DNA of 64,000 nt from Candidatus Liptonbacteria bacterium (GCA_016212635.1 JACRFR010000018.1:4080-68079), one strand, 5' to 3'. Shown: positions 1 to 9,212, numbered from the stretch's first letter. Notes: a model not told the origin generated them from the letters alone. A program made the numbers and translations.

Positions 1-3000
1 TTCTCCCCGGGAAAGATGACATCCGGGATGTCATGCGCTCGATTCAGGCGAAGGCGGAGCAGCTCAAGTGCGAAGGCAATGTCGAAGTTTTGTCTTGCCA
101 TGGGGAATCGACTCCCGAGGAGCAGGATCGTGTGCAGACACCACTCAAGCCCGGCACGCTGCGGTTTGTTTGCGGCACGGAAGTGCTTCGCTCGTCAGTG
201 ACGGTTCAAAATACCATTGGCATTATCGATTCGCTTCAGATCAAACGTCTGATAAGTGATGCAAAAGGCGTTGGCCACTTGGACAAGATTGCGGTTTCGA
301 AAGCCGAAGCCGATCAAGGAAAGGGACGCGCGGGCCGGACCCGCCCGGGATTCTATATGCCCGTGTCATTCGGATCGGAATATGAACGTCTGAACCCCTA
401 TCCGACTCCCGCTATATTACAGCAACCCATTACGAACGTAGTCCTTCAAGTTGCGGCCATTGACCGCTCGGCGCGGGATTTCGCATTCATTGATAAGCCA
501 CCGGCGGACAAACTTGAAACCGCGCTTACTCGCCTGAAGCGAATTGGTGCGCTGGACGCGGAAGAGAAAATAACCGAAGCCGGAGAAATGCTGGTGCAGT
601 TCCCGCTTGATCCGGAGCGGGCGAAGGTACTTCTCGTCGCGGAGAAACTCGGCGTGCTTTCCGAAGCGGTTATTGCGGCGGGAGTGCTCGAGGCAGAAAA
701 TGTTTTCTTCAGCCCAAACCGCGAACAGAAAACGTGCATGGTCGAAGAGACAGTGATGCGAAAAATTCTTTCGCATGTCGAAAAGGAGGAAAGGTATGGA
801 AGCGAATATTGGAAAAAGTTGTATGAACCACGCGATCCGGCAACTGTTGATATTGCCATCTTGCCAAAGTGGGCGAAGAAAAAAGGAGAGTATTGGGAAG
901 TCGACATTTCCGATTATGACTTTCCAATCGAAGATGGTGTCCGGGGAATTTCTAATGTGGTTCGCAAACAATGGGCAGGCAAAGATAAAAGCGACTTCGC
1001 AACCATTGTGCGGGCGTACCGTGCGTTTAAGGGCGAAGAGCGGCGGCTCCGCGATGCAGAACCTCCGCGCGAGCCTGGTCAGCAAAGAGAATCTCCCACA
1101 ACATGGAGGCGGAATATGCTTCAAGCGTGGTGCGAGCGCAATTTCATAAATCAGAAACGCATGCGCGAAGCCGAGCGAATCATGCATGAAATTCTTGATG
1201 AGCTTGATAACTCGCCGCTTCGTACGGAAAACCGCATTGCCTATAATCGCGACTTCAATGCCGAGTCATTAACCAAGGCGCTCGCTGCAGGACTTACGGA
1301 CAATGTCGCCCGAAAAAGCGGACGAGGTTTTACGGGCCCAATCGTCGAACGAGGACAGGATTTTCAGATCGGGCGGGAATCGGTGTGCCCAGATGGAAGC
1401 GAGCTTGTGATTGTGAGCGGCGTGCGTAAAATCCCGACACGGCGCCAAAGCTTCTTTTATCTCGCCGACCTCGCAGCGCCCATCAAGAAAGAATGGCTCA
1501 AGGAGGTCATGCCGCAACTTTGCACAAGCCGCCGAGAAGCAGATGCCGCGTACAGTCCCGACGCCGATGCAGTTCTTGAGACGGAAGCTTCGTTTTACGC
1601 CGATTTGGACCTTGGCCGCGAAAAAGTTCCCGCACCTTATACCGCCGAAAACGCACAGCGATTTGCCCGATGGCTCGCGGGATATAATGCAGCTCGGGAT
1701 ACAAAAAACGAGAAGCTTAAAGCTGTGCTTTTGGCCAACGATATGCAACAACAGCGTGCTACGAACCTGAACCTTCGTGTCGGAGAGGCGAAACTAAAAC
1801 AGTATTCAAACGAAGAAGTTTTTGCATTTTATTCTGAAAAATTGGCCGGTGCTTGGAAGCAGTCGGAGGTGGAAAACTCCGACGACTTACGCCTTCCGCC
1901 GCTCGAAGATGCTGAAGTCGAAAAGATACTTGCGCTTTACCCCGACAAGATATCCATTCTCGGGTCTGATGCTGAAGTTACGTACACTCAGCAGAGCAAA
2001 CGATCCGAAACTGGAGAATACGCGAATGTCATGGTTGCCCGAGTAAATCTCGGGGATCTTTCGGAGGGAAATAAATGGATGCAACTTCCGGAAGAAGGGG
2101 TAAAGCTGCCAAGCGGTTTCGTGGCAGAAATTCAGGTTTCTATAAAACGGGACGGATCCTATTGGAGCGAGAATTTCTCGAATACCGATATTGTCGCCTT
2201 GAAGGAAAAAATCACGGGGTACTTGAATCGTTCATTATGGGAGGAGTGGAAAGAACGTCCGGAAATTACAGCCCCTAATCCGGAAGATGATGATGCGGTT
2301 TTGCCCGCTATTACAACGGCTTCATATGGAACGTCTGTTGTGGATGGAACACCTCTAATGGCTTACGGCACGGTAGTCTTTAATTCCAATCGATACTATT
2401 CAACCGATCCTAGTTTCAAAACAGAATGGTTTTCGGTTCGTTTGGAGGCGGAAGAGTCCCACGCAAAAGCCGGAACGGAACTAGATAGCCTGAAAAAAGA
2501 GCGGCGCGATCAGAGAGAACTGAAAAGCGCGCAGGAAGCCGCGCAGCAATCCAAGGATCGGCTGAATAAGCTTTATGACCAGTACTACTACTCCGAAATA
2601 GATTCCGAGATGCGGAGTAAATTATACAACCGACGTTATGAATCGCTTCCATACCAAGCGTCGGAACTCAAGCAATGGAAAGCTGAGATCGACGCAACCA
2701 TCGCGGAGGTGGAAAGCGCGGTGGTCGAGGCGAATCGCAAAGGGGAGGAGGAAAACCAGCTACTTCTGAATTCTGCTCGTCCGATTGTCATGCCGGGAGA
2801 GACTACCAACGAGAACACCGTGTACGGGATGCCCTGCAACGAAGAAGGTCCCTGCGATGCGGATGTCGCCACCGAATGGCGGTTGTACTCTTACCAAGAC
2901 AGAAGATTACGGCCACACAAAGGATATCGTTCCAAATCATATGGCACCACCTTTGCGGAACTGATCCAAGATTATTTGCGCGACGATCCGAATTTGGATG

Positions 3001-4481
3001 CCGTACTGCGACAACTGACCCCGGAAGATTACCGGCGAGGCGAAAAGATCGGGGAAACATTGAAAGCGGTTCTGGACCAAGATTATGCCAGCTGCATAAT
3101 CTGCAAGGAATCTTGGCGCTGGGACGCGGAGGAGCTCAGTAATCCCCAGCGGGAGCCGCGCATTTCTTGTTCCTGTATGCACGAGGTGTCGAAATGGAGC
3201 CCGATTATCCAAGCGATCGAAAACGGCTTAGCGGGCGAAACCGTGGAGGTGGACGGGCGCACCGGCTCGGTCCTGCGGCGAACCACAGTGGACGGGAAGA
3301 CAGCCGTGGAAACCGCCGTGTATTTTAAGTACGGACACTGGAACTTGGCAGTGATCGTTAACCGCAGCGCGTTGGCCCACCCGGGAGTCCCGGAAACGCA
3401 AGACGTCTGGCACCAGCCGACCTCCGCGGAGATAGAGCTGGCCCATACCGAACGAGAAAAGGATGCTGTTTTGAGCAGGCTCCAGAGTGAATTGTCGAAC
3501 TACGAGTACGATCTGGAATCCGCTAACCGTTCTGCGGAAGAAGGATCAGTCCACAAAATTCAGTTTCGAAGAGGCAAGAACCCGAAAACCAACAAAGAGC
3601 AGTGGGAGGCCGATGTGAAAACGGCGGATGGTATAAGCTTGAAACTCATTTTGGACAGCAAGGATAAGACCGTCCCCAAGGACGGAGTAAATTATTTCTG
3701 TCGCGAATATCGCCGCCTTGTAGATAATCCCAAATTCAAGTTAATAATAGTTACTCCGTATTTGGAAGAGGGACGTAACATACAGGCAGAAATTGAAGAG
3801 ACGACCACAAAATTCGACTCGCAGATTGCCATGGCTAGGGTGCGGGTGGAAGAGGAGAAGAAACAAGCAACAGAAGCGAAGGCGGAAGCCGCAACCCCAG
3901 ATCTTGCAACTAAACTTCAGTCGGCCTTGGGATCACGGGTCGAACCAAAAAGGAATGGTACCGTTACCGGTCCTCCGCCTCTCCCGCCGAAAGAATCTTT
4001 CGAAAAAGCAAAATCAGTACCCGAGCCGGAGGTTATGACACCGGAACTCCAGAGAGAATTTATGGAGATGCTGGATGTTGCTGATGTATTGGTTAAAAGA
4101 ATGGTGGCAGAGGGACTCAAATTAAATGACCAACAGCGCGATTTGTTGCGAAGCACGCGCAAAGGACTGGAAGATCTGGTCGGCCGACCTGCGAGCATTC
4201 GTGGCCACATACGGACGGTTCTCGCGGCTATTGAATCGCAATACAAAAAGAAAGGCGTGGAAGCGGGATGGACAAAGAGAGTTTTGGAACTCTGGAATGC
4301 CGTGAATCAGGTAATTGCAGATAATCCCGACGCGCAAGAATATGTCCGTGAGGGTGTTGTAACCCAGGGGGCTCTCGCAGAAGAAGTGCGCAAGAAAATT
4401 CTTGCATCAACCCCGCTCATCCAGAGCGGAAGGGAAATAGATGTAAGCAATCTGCTTTTGGAGCAGATGCAGGAGTTATAA
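1..4481 (+). CDS. 5'-truncated giant protein. The N-terminal part matches the C-terminal region of a DEAH/HrpA-type RNA helicase (HA2 + OB-fold region), followed by a ~1000-aa coiled-coil/charged extension with a Cys cluster.
   Basis: The frame is open from the window edge. Motifs TNVVLQVAAID, LDAEEKITEAGEMLVQFPLDPERAKVLL (HA2) and WCERNFINQKRMREAERIMHEIL are typical of DEAH helicases downstream of the helicase core. The long C-terminal region includes CIICKESWRWD...SCSCMHE. Confidence 0.6.
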   Translation, partial: LPGKDDIRDVMRSIQAKAEQLKCEGNVEVLSCHGESTPEEQDRVQTPLKPGTLRFVCGTEVLRSSVTVQNTIGIIDSLQIKRLISDAKGVGHLDKIAVSKAEADQGKGRAGRTRPGFYMPVSFGSEYERLNPYPTPAILQQPITNVVLQVAAIDRSARDFAFIDKPPADKLETALTRLKRIGALDAEEKITEAGEMLVQFPLDPERAKVLLVAEKLGVLSEAVIAAGVLEAENVFFSPNREQKTCMVEETVMRKILSHVEKEERYGSEYWKKLYEPRDPATVDIAILPKWAKKKGEYWEVDISDYDFPIEDGVRGISNVVRKQWAGKDKSDFATIVRAYRAFKGEERRLRDAEPPREPGQQRESPTTWRRNMLQAWCERNFINQKRMREAERIMHEILDELDNSPLRTENRIAYNRDFNAESLTKALAAGLTDNVARKSGRGFTGPIVERGQDFQIGRESVCPDGSELVIVSGVRKIPTRRQSFFYLADLAAPIKKEWLKEVMPQLCTSRREADAAYSPDADAVLETEASFYADLDLGREKVPAPYTAENAQRFARWLAGYNAARDTKNEKLKAVLLANDMQQQRATNLNLRVGEAKLKQYSNEEVFAFYSEKLAGAWKQSEVENSDDLRLPPLEDAEVEKILALYPDKISILGSDAEVTYTQQSKRSETGEYANVMVARVNLGDLSEGNKWMQLPEEGVKLPSGFVAEIQVSIKRDGSYWSENFSNTDIVALKEKITGYLNRSLWEEWKERPEITAPNPEDDDAVLPAITTASYGTSVVDGTPLMAYGTVVFNSNRYYSTDPSFKTEWFSVRLEAEESHAKAGTELDSLKKERRDQRELKSAQEAAQQSKDRLNKLYDQYYYSEIDSEMRSKLYNRRYESLPYQASELKQWKAEIDATIAEVESAVVEANRKGEEENQLLLNSARPIVMPGETTNENTVYGMPCNEEGPCDADVATEWRLYSYQDRRLRPHKGYRSKSYGTTFAELIQDYLRDDPNLDAVLRQLTPEDYRRGEKIGETLKAVLDQDYASCIICKESWRWDAEELSNPQREPRISCSCMHEVSKWSPIIQAIENGLAGETVEVDGRTGSVLRRTTVDGKTAVETAVYFKYGHWNLAVIVNRSALAHPGVPETQDVWHQPTSAEIELAHTEREKDAVLSRLQSELSNYEYDLESANRSAEEGSVHKIQFRRGKNPKTNKEQWEADVKTADGISLKLILDSKDKTVPKDGVNYFCREYRRLVDNPKFKLIIVTPYLEEGRNIQAEIEETTTKFDSQIAMARVRVEEEKKQATEAKAEAATPDLATKLQSALGSRVEPKRNGTVTGPPPLPPKESFEKAKSVPEPEVMTPELQREFMEMLDVADVLVKRMVAEGLKLNDQQRDLLRSTRKGLEDLVGRPASIRGHIRTVLAAIESQYKKKGVEAGWTKRVLELWNAVNQVIADNPDAQEYVREGVVTQGALAEEVRKKILASTPLIQSGREIDVSNLLLEQMQEL

Positions 4482-4630
4482 TTTGTTTTATTTATTGGGC
4501 GTCTTGCCTTCTCCGGCTTTTAGTCGCCTTGTGGCTGTTCTCGGTTATCAACTACCCCGCCTGGACTCTCAAGAGGGTTGGCGTCATCCCTTGTGGTATG
4601 CCAAACCAAACACAAGCGCCAGTTGGGGCT

Positions 4631-5926
4631 ATGGCCAAAGAAATTCAAGCCCCCACAAAGGTCAGATACGTACTTTACGCAAGAAAAAGCATGGAATCGG
4701 AGGAGTAACAAATTTTGAGCATCGACAGCCAAATCAAAGAGATGCTCGCCATGGCGGAACGCGACCACCTTGAGATTGTGGAAATCAAAAAAGAGTCGCA
4801 CTCCGCCAAGGAGGCCGGACAGCGGCCGGTGTTCAATGAGATTGTAGAGGAAATAAAAAGTGGCAAGTTCAACGGCATCCTCACCTGGGCCGCTGATCGC
4901 ATCTCACGAAATGCTGGGGATCTCGGAAGGATTGTAGACCTCATGGATAGCGGGAAGCTCATCGAGATACGCGCCTACGGGCAGAAATTCACGAATAGTC
5001 CGAACGAGAAGTTTCTCCTCATGATCTTAGGCAGCCAGGCAAAGCTCGAGAACGACAACAAAGTAGTGAACGTGAAGCGAGGACTTAGAGCCAGATGCGA
5101 GATGGGATTATGGCCCTGCACCGCACCCACGGGATACCTAAACAGCACGAGTAAGGAGAAAAGCTGCGTGGTGGAGATTGATTCACACCGGGCATCCGTG
5201 GTTAAAAAGATGTTTGAAAAGGTGGCTTATGAAAATATGAGTGGCCGGCGTTTGCACGCATGGCTCAAGGATGAAGCTAAGTTCAGGGTAAGGAGTGGAA
5301 AGCCACTCACGATCGGTAATATCTACATCACCCTGCGGAATCCATTTTACTACGGATCATTTGAATATCCGAAAGGCGGAGGTCAGTGGTATACCGGCAA
5401 ACACACACCAATTATCACCAAGGAGCTTTTCGACATGGTGCAGGAAAAAATGGCGAACTATGCGGTACGGGGAGGAACAAAAGAATTCGCCTTCACGAAA
5501 CTCATGACCTGCGGATTATGCGGATCTGGTATCACGGCCGATGAAAAATTCAAGAAACAACAGAACGGCAACGTGCATCGGTATGTCTACTACGGCTGCT
5601 GCCGGTTCCAGGATAAGAATTGCAAATCAGGATACATGCGAGAGGAGGATTTGATCGAACAACTTGCAAACCTAATGGATGAAATCCATCTCGACGAGAT
5701 TGGTATGAAAGAACGAATCAAAACCGAAATCGAGCGGCACAAGAAATTCCAATCAGGACTACTTGGCATCAAAGAGAAAGCGGTCAAAGCCGGAGACATC
5801 GACGTGCGCAACTACGCCAAATACATCCTACGGGACGGAACAATGCTCGAAAAACGAGAGCTGCTATCCTGCCTGCGAAGTAAGATCACGATGGCGAAGA
5901 AAGAAGTGAAAATCGCGACTGCCTAA
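4631..5926 (+). pseudogene. Large serine recombinase (resolvase/invertase N-domain, recombinase domain and zinc ribbon) interrupted by an in-frame TAA at 4706-4708.
   Basis: ATG 4631 gives MAKEIQAPTKVRYVLYARKSMESEE*, which is the YARxS catalytic-serine motif. The same frame resumes as QILSIDSQ...DRISRNAGDLGRIVDLMDSGKL...CGLCGSGIT...YYGCCRF. The ORF track starts only at TTG 4715, after the stop. Confidence 0.7.
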
Positions 5927-5937
5927 ATAAAGCTGGG

Positions 5938-6492
5938 CTAGATGATTGACGGAGCAACTCGACTTGATTGAAAAGTCCAACCTCGCTCTGTAACTAATTC
6001 CCATAAGTTAAGACATTTAACGCCAAATAACGGATCATCGCAAACATTTGGCAGCTTATAGTTCTCAGGATCAGTGCTACCACTGTGAGTTTCTTCAGAA
6101 ATGATTTTAAGTTTGTGTAGTTTGGCCTGAGCAATAAGCCATGGATCCGCATAGACATCACTAGCTTTGTTTTTATTATTAACAAAAACTTTATACGTCA
6201 CGGACATGCTCCTGATAATCTTTCCCTCTATATCCTCATCGTGATTCTTGAAAATATGCTCATTGGCATGAGCCCAATTGTAGAGTTCCTCGCCCTTCTT
6301 CCCGTCTTTCTTTATTTCCGCCAATACCTCAGCGTGGGAGATGATCACTCCTTCGGCCATCAGTTCTTTGATCCTTTCCCAGAGGCCAGGATTAACACTC
6401 TTTGATATCCACGGCGTTTCGCTGAAAATTGACATCAAGGAGCAACTATCAATGGTATATTCTGCGGGTTTAGAAAAGAGATCACCTGGCAT
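5938..6492 (-). CDS. PIN-like (DUF4411-like) putative nuclease, co-operonic with the upstream XRE-ImmA gene.
   Basis: 184 aa with an 11-nt overlap with the upstream gene. N-terminal YTIDSCSLMSIF and later conserved acidic residues are consistent with a PIN-like fold. The DUF4411 assignment is from memory of that family's association with ImmA/IrrE genes. Confidence 0.4.
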   Translation of the reverse strand: MPGDLFSKPAEYTIDSCSLMSIFSETPWISKSVNPGLWERIKELMAEGVIISHAEVLAEIKKDGKKGEELYNWAHANEHIFKNHDEDIEGKIIRSMSVTYKVFVNNKNKASDVYADPWLIAQAKLHKLKIISEETHSGSTDPENYKLPNVCDDPLFGVKCLNLWELVTERGWTFQSSRVAPSII

Positions 6493-7675
6493 GAGAGTGT
6501 ATTAGTTTTTCCAACCCAGGCAAATGCTTCATCTTCAATCCAAGGTAATCTGAGATTCCCGAATACGGTATTTTTTTCTGCTTGTAAGCCTCAAAAACAA
6601 GAGAGCTAAAACCCACGCCATTTTTTGACAAGATAGTCTTCAGGGAAAATCTCCCACCCTTCTTCCCATTCGGCCGGGGTTCACCATCCCATTTTTTTGT
6701 TTTGGCTTCGTAAATTGCCGAAGTAACATAATTGAATGTTAGCAACCTCCTCAAAATTACCACTCGGCTCACTTTGAAATCAAAAGCTATCCGCTCAATT
6801 TTAGAATCGAGGTCCTCGGGGGATATTTTTGTCTTATCTTTCAAAGTTCTATGCTTTAAGAATTCCGCCTCCGGTACCAAGAAGCTGGCGGCGAACTGGT
6901 TGCAAAAAACCTCAAGCTTATTTATCCCATTCTTGTGACCGCTGAAAGATTTGAAGTTGTTGCAAATACCGGCTTCACGTAGAAGAACGTGCGCAAATTC
7001 ATGCGCCAAAGAAAAGTTCTTTGCTCCTTCAGTATCCTTATTGTTCACAAAAACCAGATATGGCTGTTGGTCAGCGAAAGAGAAAGCACGACAATCTGTT
7101 ATTGGAAAACTATCGTGAAGACCGCTTTTTAGGGTTATCACGCCCGCACTTTCGATTTTGTTCCGTAGGTACTCGAAGAAATCCTCGTACTTCTTGAAAC
7201 CAAATTGCTCATTTGCCGAAATCAAAAGGTCAGCTCTTATGTTTTCCGCTAATTCTGAAGCGTTCTCATCTAAGGAATGCCGTGCATATTTAAAAAAAGG
7301 TCTTTCGCCGAGTTCTTCATGGAGATCTGCGGATACCTCTTGAACTCTTCTCGCTTTTCTAATAGCCAAGAGTGCCGCCGGAGATAAGAGCTTATTATCT
7401 TCCGAGTTGATAGTTCTGAGATCTGGCGGATCCTTTTTTTCTTTCGGTGGACCATCGAGAAAGAATACGGCCAGGGGTCGTTTATATATTTCCGCGAGTT
7501 TTCTTACCTGTGCGAAGGTCGGCTGAGCAATTCCATTTTCCCACTCCTTAATGAGATCGGGGGTGACTTCTTTCCATGATTCAACCCAATTGGCCAGCAA
7601 AATTTCCATTTTTGGGCCAAATCTTTTTTCACGTGCCCATTTCAATACTACAGGTTCAAATCTCAAATCTGCCAT
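6482..7675 (-). CDS. Fusion of an XRE-family HTH domain and an ImmA/IrrE (COG2856, M78-like) zinc metallopeptidase.
   Basis: N-terminal HTH (QPTFAQVRKLAEIYKRPLAVFF) and an HEFAHVLL HExxH motif mid-protein. 397 aa. Confidence 0.8.
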   Translation of the reverse strand: MADLRFEPVVLKWAREKRFGPKMEILLANWVESWKEVTPDLIKEWENGIAQPTFAQVRKLAEIYKRPLAVFFLDGPPKEKKDPPDLRTINSEDNKLLSPAALLAIRKARRVQEVSADLHEELGERPFFKYARHSLDENASELAENIRADLLISANEQFGFKKYEDFFEYLRNKIESAGVITLKSGLHDSFPITDCRAFSFADQQPYLVFVNNKDTEGAKNFSLAHEFAHVLLREAGICNNFKSFSGHKNGINKLEVFCNQFAASFLVPEAEFLKHRTLKDKTKISPEDLDSKIERIAFDFKVSRVVILRRLLTFNYVTSAIYEAKTKKWDGEPRPNGKKGGRFSLKTILSKNGVGFSSLVFEAYKQKKIPYSGISDYLGLKMKHLPGLEKLIHSHAR

Positions 7676-7836
7676 AACTAAATTATAGCAATAAACAGCC
7701 CCGAAAAAACATCTGGTAAAAACTTATAACCGCCTTTCAAAGAGGTAATCTAGACAGCTTCTTAGCGGTTATTTACTCTTTCGTACTCGTTCTATTCGTC
7801 TTGACTGGTTAGAAGAAAGTCGGCATTTAAGCCTCA

Positions 7837-7880
7837 TGGTCGGTCTCACTGCGTTGTGCCCTCGAGAGGAATCGAACCCA
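7837..7880 (-). repeat. Degenerate copy of the 3' half of tRNA-Arg plus its 16-nt downstream flank (att-like direct repeat).
   Basis: GGTTCGATTCCTCTCGAGGGCACAA + CGCAGTGAGACCGACC aligns with the T-arm/acceptor/3' flank of the tRNA at 9084-9127. The flank is identical and the tRNA part has about 6 mismatches. The T-stem can no longer pair, so it is not a functional tRNA. Confidence 0.55.
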
Positions 7881-7956
7881 GTAAAACTCTCCCCTAGATG
7901 ACGGCGAATTGCCACGGGGCAGACACGTATTGTTGGTTACAGTACTGAAGTTTTAT

Positions 7957-9051
7957 TTAAAGAGTTGCAAACAACCCCAACTCTATACCGATGTCGTATG
8001 CCTCATCCACAGAACACGTCATGATTTTTCTATAGCTTTTCCGGCCAAACCTTTTTTCGACAGCTCTGGCCAGGGGCAATATTTTGCCATCAATCCTTGC
8101 CTGCTCTGCGAGATTTTGGAACTCCGGGATTTCTGCTCTTAGGCGTGAGACAAGAAGGAAAGCGGCGGCAGATTGGGAGCCAAAACTTACAGTACTACCG
8201 TCAAAATTAAATATCCTCCGAGATTCTTCCGGGAAGTTGTCTAGCCGCGGATCTTTTTCGGCCACATAGTTCAGTAACTTAGCGTACAAAGCTTTTCCTT
8301 TGGGAAATTGTGTTTGGAGTAAGTTGTCTGCGTCTTCTTCTGCGAGCATGGCTAGACCCTCTTCGACCGCCGGAGTTTGTAGACCTGCCTCGCATCTAAT
8401 ATATCCCAAACCTCTCCGCTCCAAAGGCTTTACGCTATCGAAAACATGTTCATTTTCTCCAGTCGCCTTGTTTCGCACGGTGCGAAACAGAAGAGAAAAC
8501 GGTGCGGCATCGTGGTATAGCTCATGTAGAACTTGGCGGGCCTCAATATATTCTCTTACTGCTTTTGCGGCACCCGGCCTAGTCATTCCGCCTAAACTTT
8601 TTTCATCTGTCATGGCAATTGGGTGAAAATGATCATCATCCCTTATTCTTTGATCGAGAGAACTGGGCACAAGTTTTTCTTTTGTTAAATTATGTAGGAC
8701 GATATATCCGAAGCTAGTGCCCGCCCGGAGGGCAGTTATGTTCCCCTCCTCCATAGAAGATGGGTTCCGCAATTTAAAGATGCGTTCTTGTTCTGTCCAT
8801 CGTATTGGACTCAACACACCAAATTTACAAAATCGCTTCTCGTGCCACCGTCTAGCCCGGGAACTGAAATTTCGCATCTCGACCGACAGTTCAATAGTTC
8901 CTTCTTTGGCCGTTCGTGCTACTTCGTTCATTGTCACTTTAACACCCATTCTAGTTCTGGAGATTCTTTGCCTCTCTTTCTTGTCTAGTAAGTCTGCAGA
9001 CCGTTCCTTGTTGAGAATAAAGTTTTCTCCTGGCCTGGTAAAGTTTCTCAT
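7957..9051 (-). CDS. Hypothetical protein (364 aa) lying between the tRNA-derived direct repeats.
   Basis: Long ORF with no motif I can assign. Bounded by the 7837-7880 and 9084-9127 repeats. Confidence 0.5.
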   Translation of the reverse strand: MRNFTRPGENFILNKERSADLLDKKERQRISRTRMGVKVTMNEVARTAKEGTIELSVEMRNFSSRARRWHEKRFCKFGVLSPIRWTEQERIFKLRNPSSMEEGNITALRAGTSFGYIVLHNLTKEKLVPSSLDQRIRDDDHFHPIAMTDEKSLGGMTRPGAAKAVREYIEARQVLHELYHDAAPFSLLFRTVRNKATGENEHVFDSVKPLERRGLGYIRCEAGLQTPAVEEGLAMLAEEDADNLLQTQFPKGKALYAKLLNYVAEKDPRLDNFPEESRRIFNFDGSTVSFGSQSAAAFLLVSRLRAEIPEFQNLAEQARIDGKILPLARAVEKRFGRKSYRKIMTCSVDEAYDIGIELGLFATL

Positions 9052-9100
9052 AATAATTGCTGCATGCTTGTATTATTGCGCCTCGGTCGGTCTCACTGCG

Positions 9101-9175
9101 TGGTGCCCCCGGCAGGAATCGAACCTGCATCACCTCCTTCGGAGGGAGATATCCTATCCGTTGAACGACGAGGGC
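9101..9175 (-). tRNA. tRNA-Arg (anticodon CCG), 75 nt with encoded CCA.
   Basis: Folded by hand. Acceptor GCCCTCG/CGGGGGC, D-arm, anticodon stem TCTCC/GGAGG with loop CTCCGAA (U33, A37), 4-nt variable loop, T-arm GCAGG-TTCGATT-CCTGC, discriminator A, CCA. Confidence 0.85.
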
Positions 9176-9180
9176 GGAAG

Positions 9181-9212
9181 ATGATCATTGATTATTAATC
9201 ATTGATTATTAA
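9181..9212. promoter_or_regulatory. Tandem palindromic motif (TGATTA-N-TAATCA x2) directly upstream of tRNA-Arg. The same motif recurs at 46088-46118.
   Basis: ATCATTGATTATTAATCATTGATTATTAA contains two overlapping 13-bp palindromes. A 20-nt core TATTAATCATTGATTATTAA is shared with the 46-kb locus. Confidence 0.45.

Noticed and set aside
4706-4708. Considered alternative-genetic-code recoding of TAA as the explanation for the recombinase stop.
   Set aside because: Every other confidently identified gene in the window reads through without internal TAA and ends at a normal stop, so a local nonsense mutation or error is far more parsimonious. It is kept as a finding but not as evidence of recoding.
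7621-7660. GGTTCAAATCT T-loop-like string.
   Set aside because: It lies inside the ImmA/XRE coding region with no surrounding cloverleaf, so it is a coincidence.
7850-7925. Possible second complete tRNA (it contains a GGTTCGATTCC T-loop and the same 3' flank as tRNA-Arg).
   Set aside because: Hand folding fails. The T-stem halves (CTGGG / CCTCT) cannot pair, no acceptor-stem partner exists, and the 3' end reads ACAA rather than ACCA. It is better explained as a decayed duplicate of the tRNA-Arg 3' half (an att remnant).
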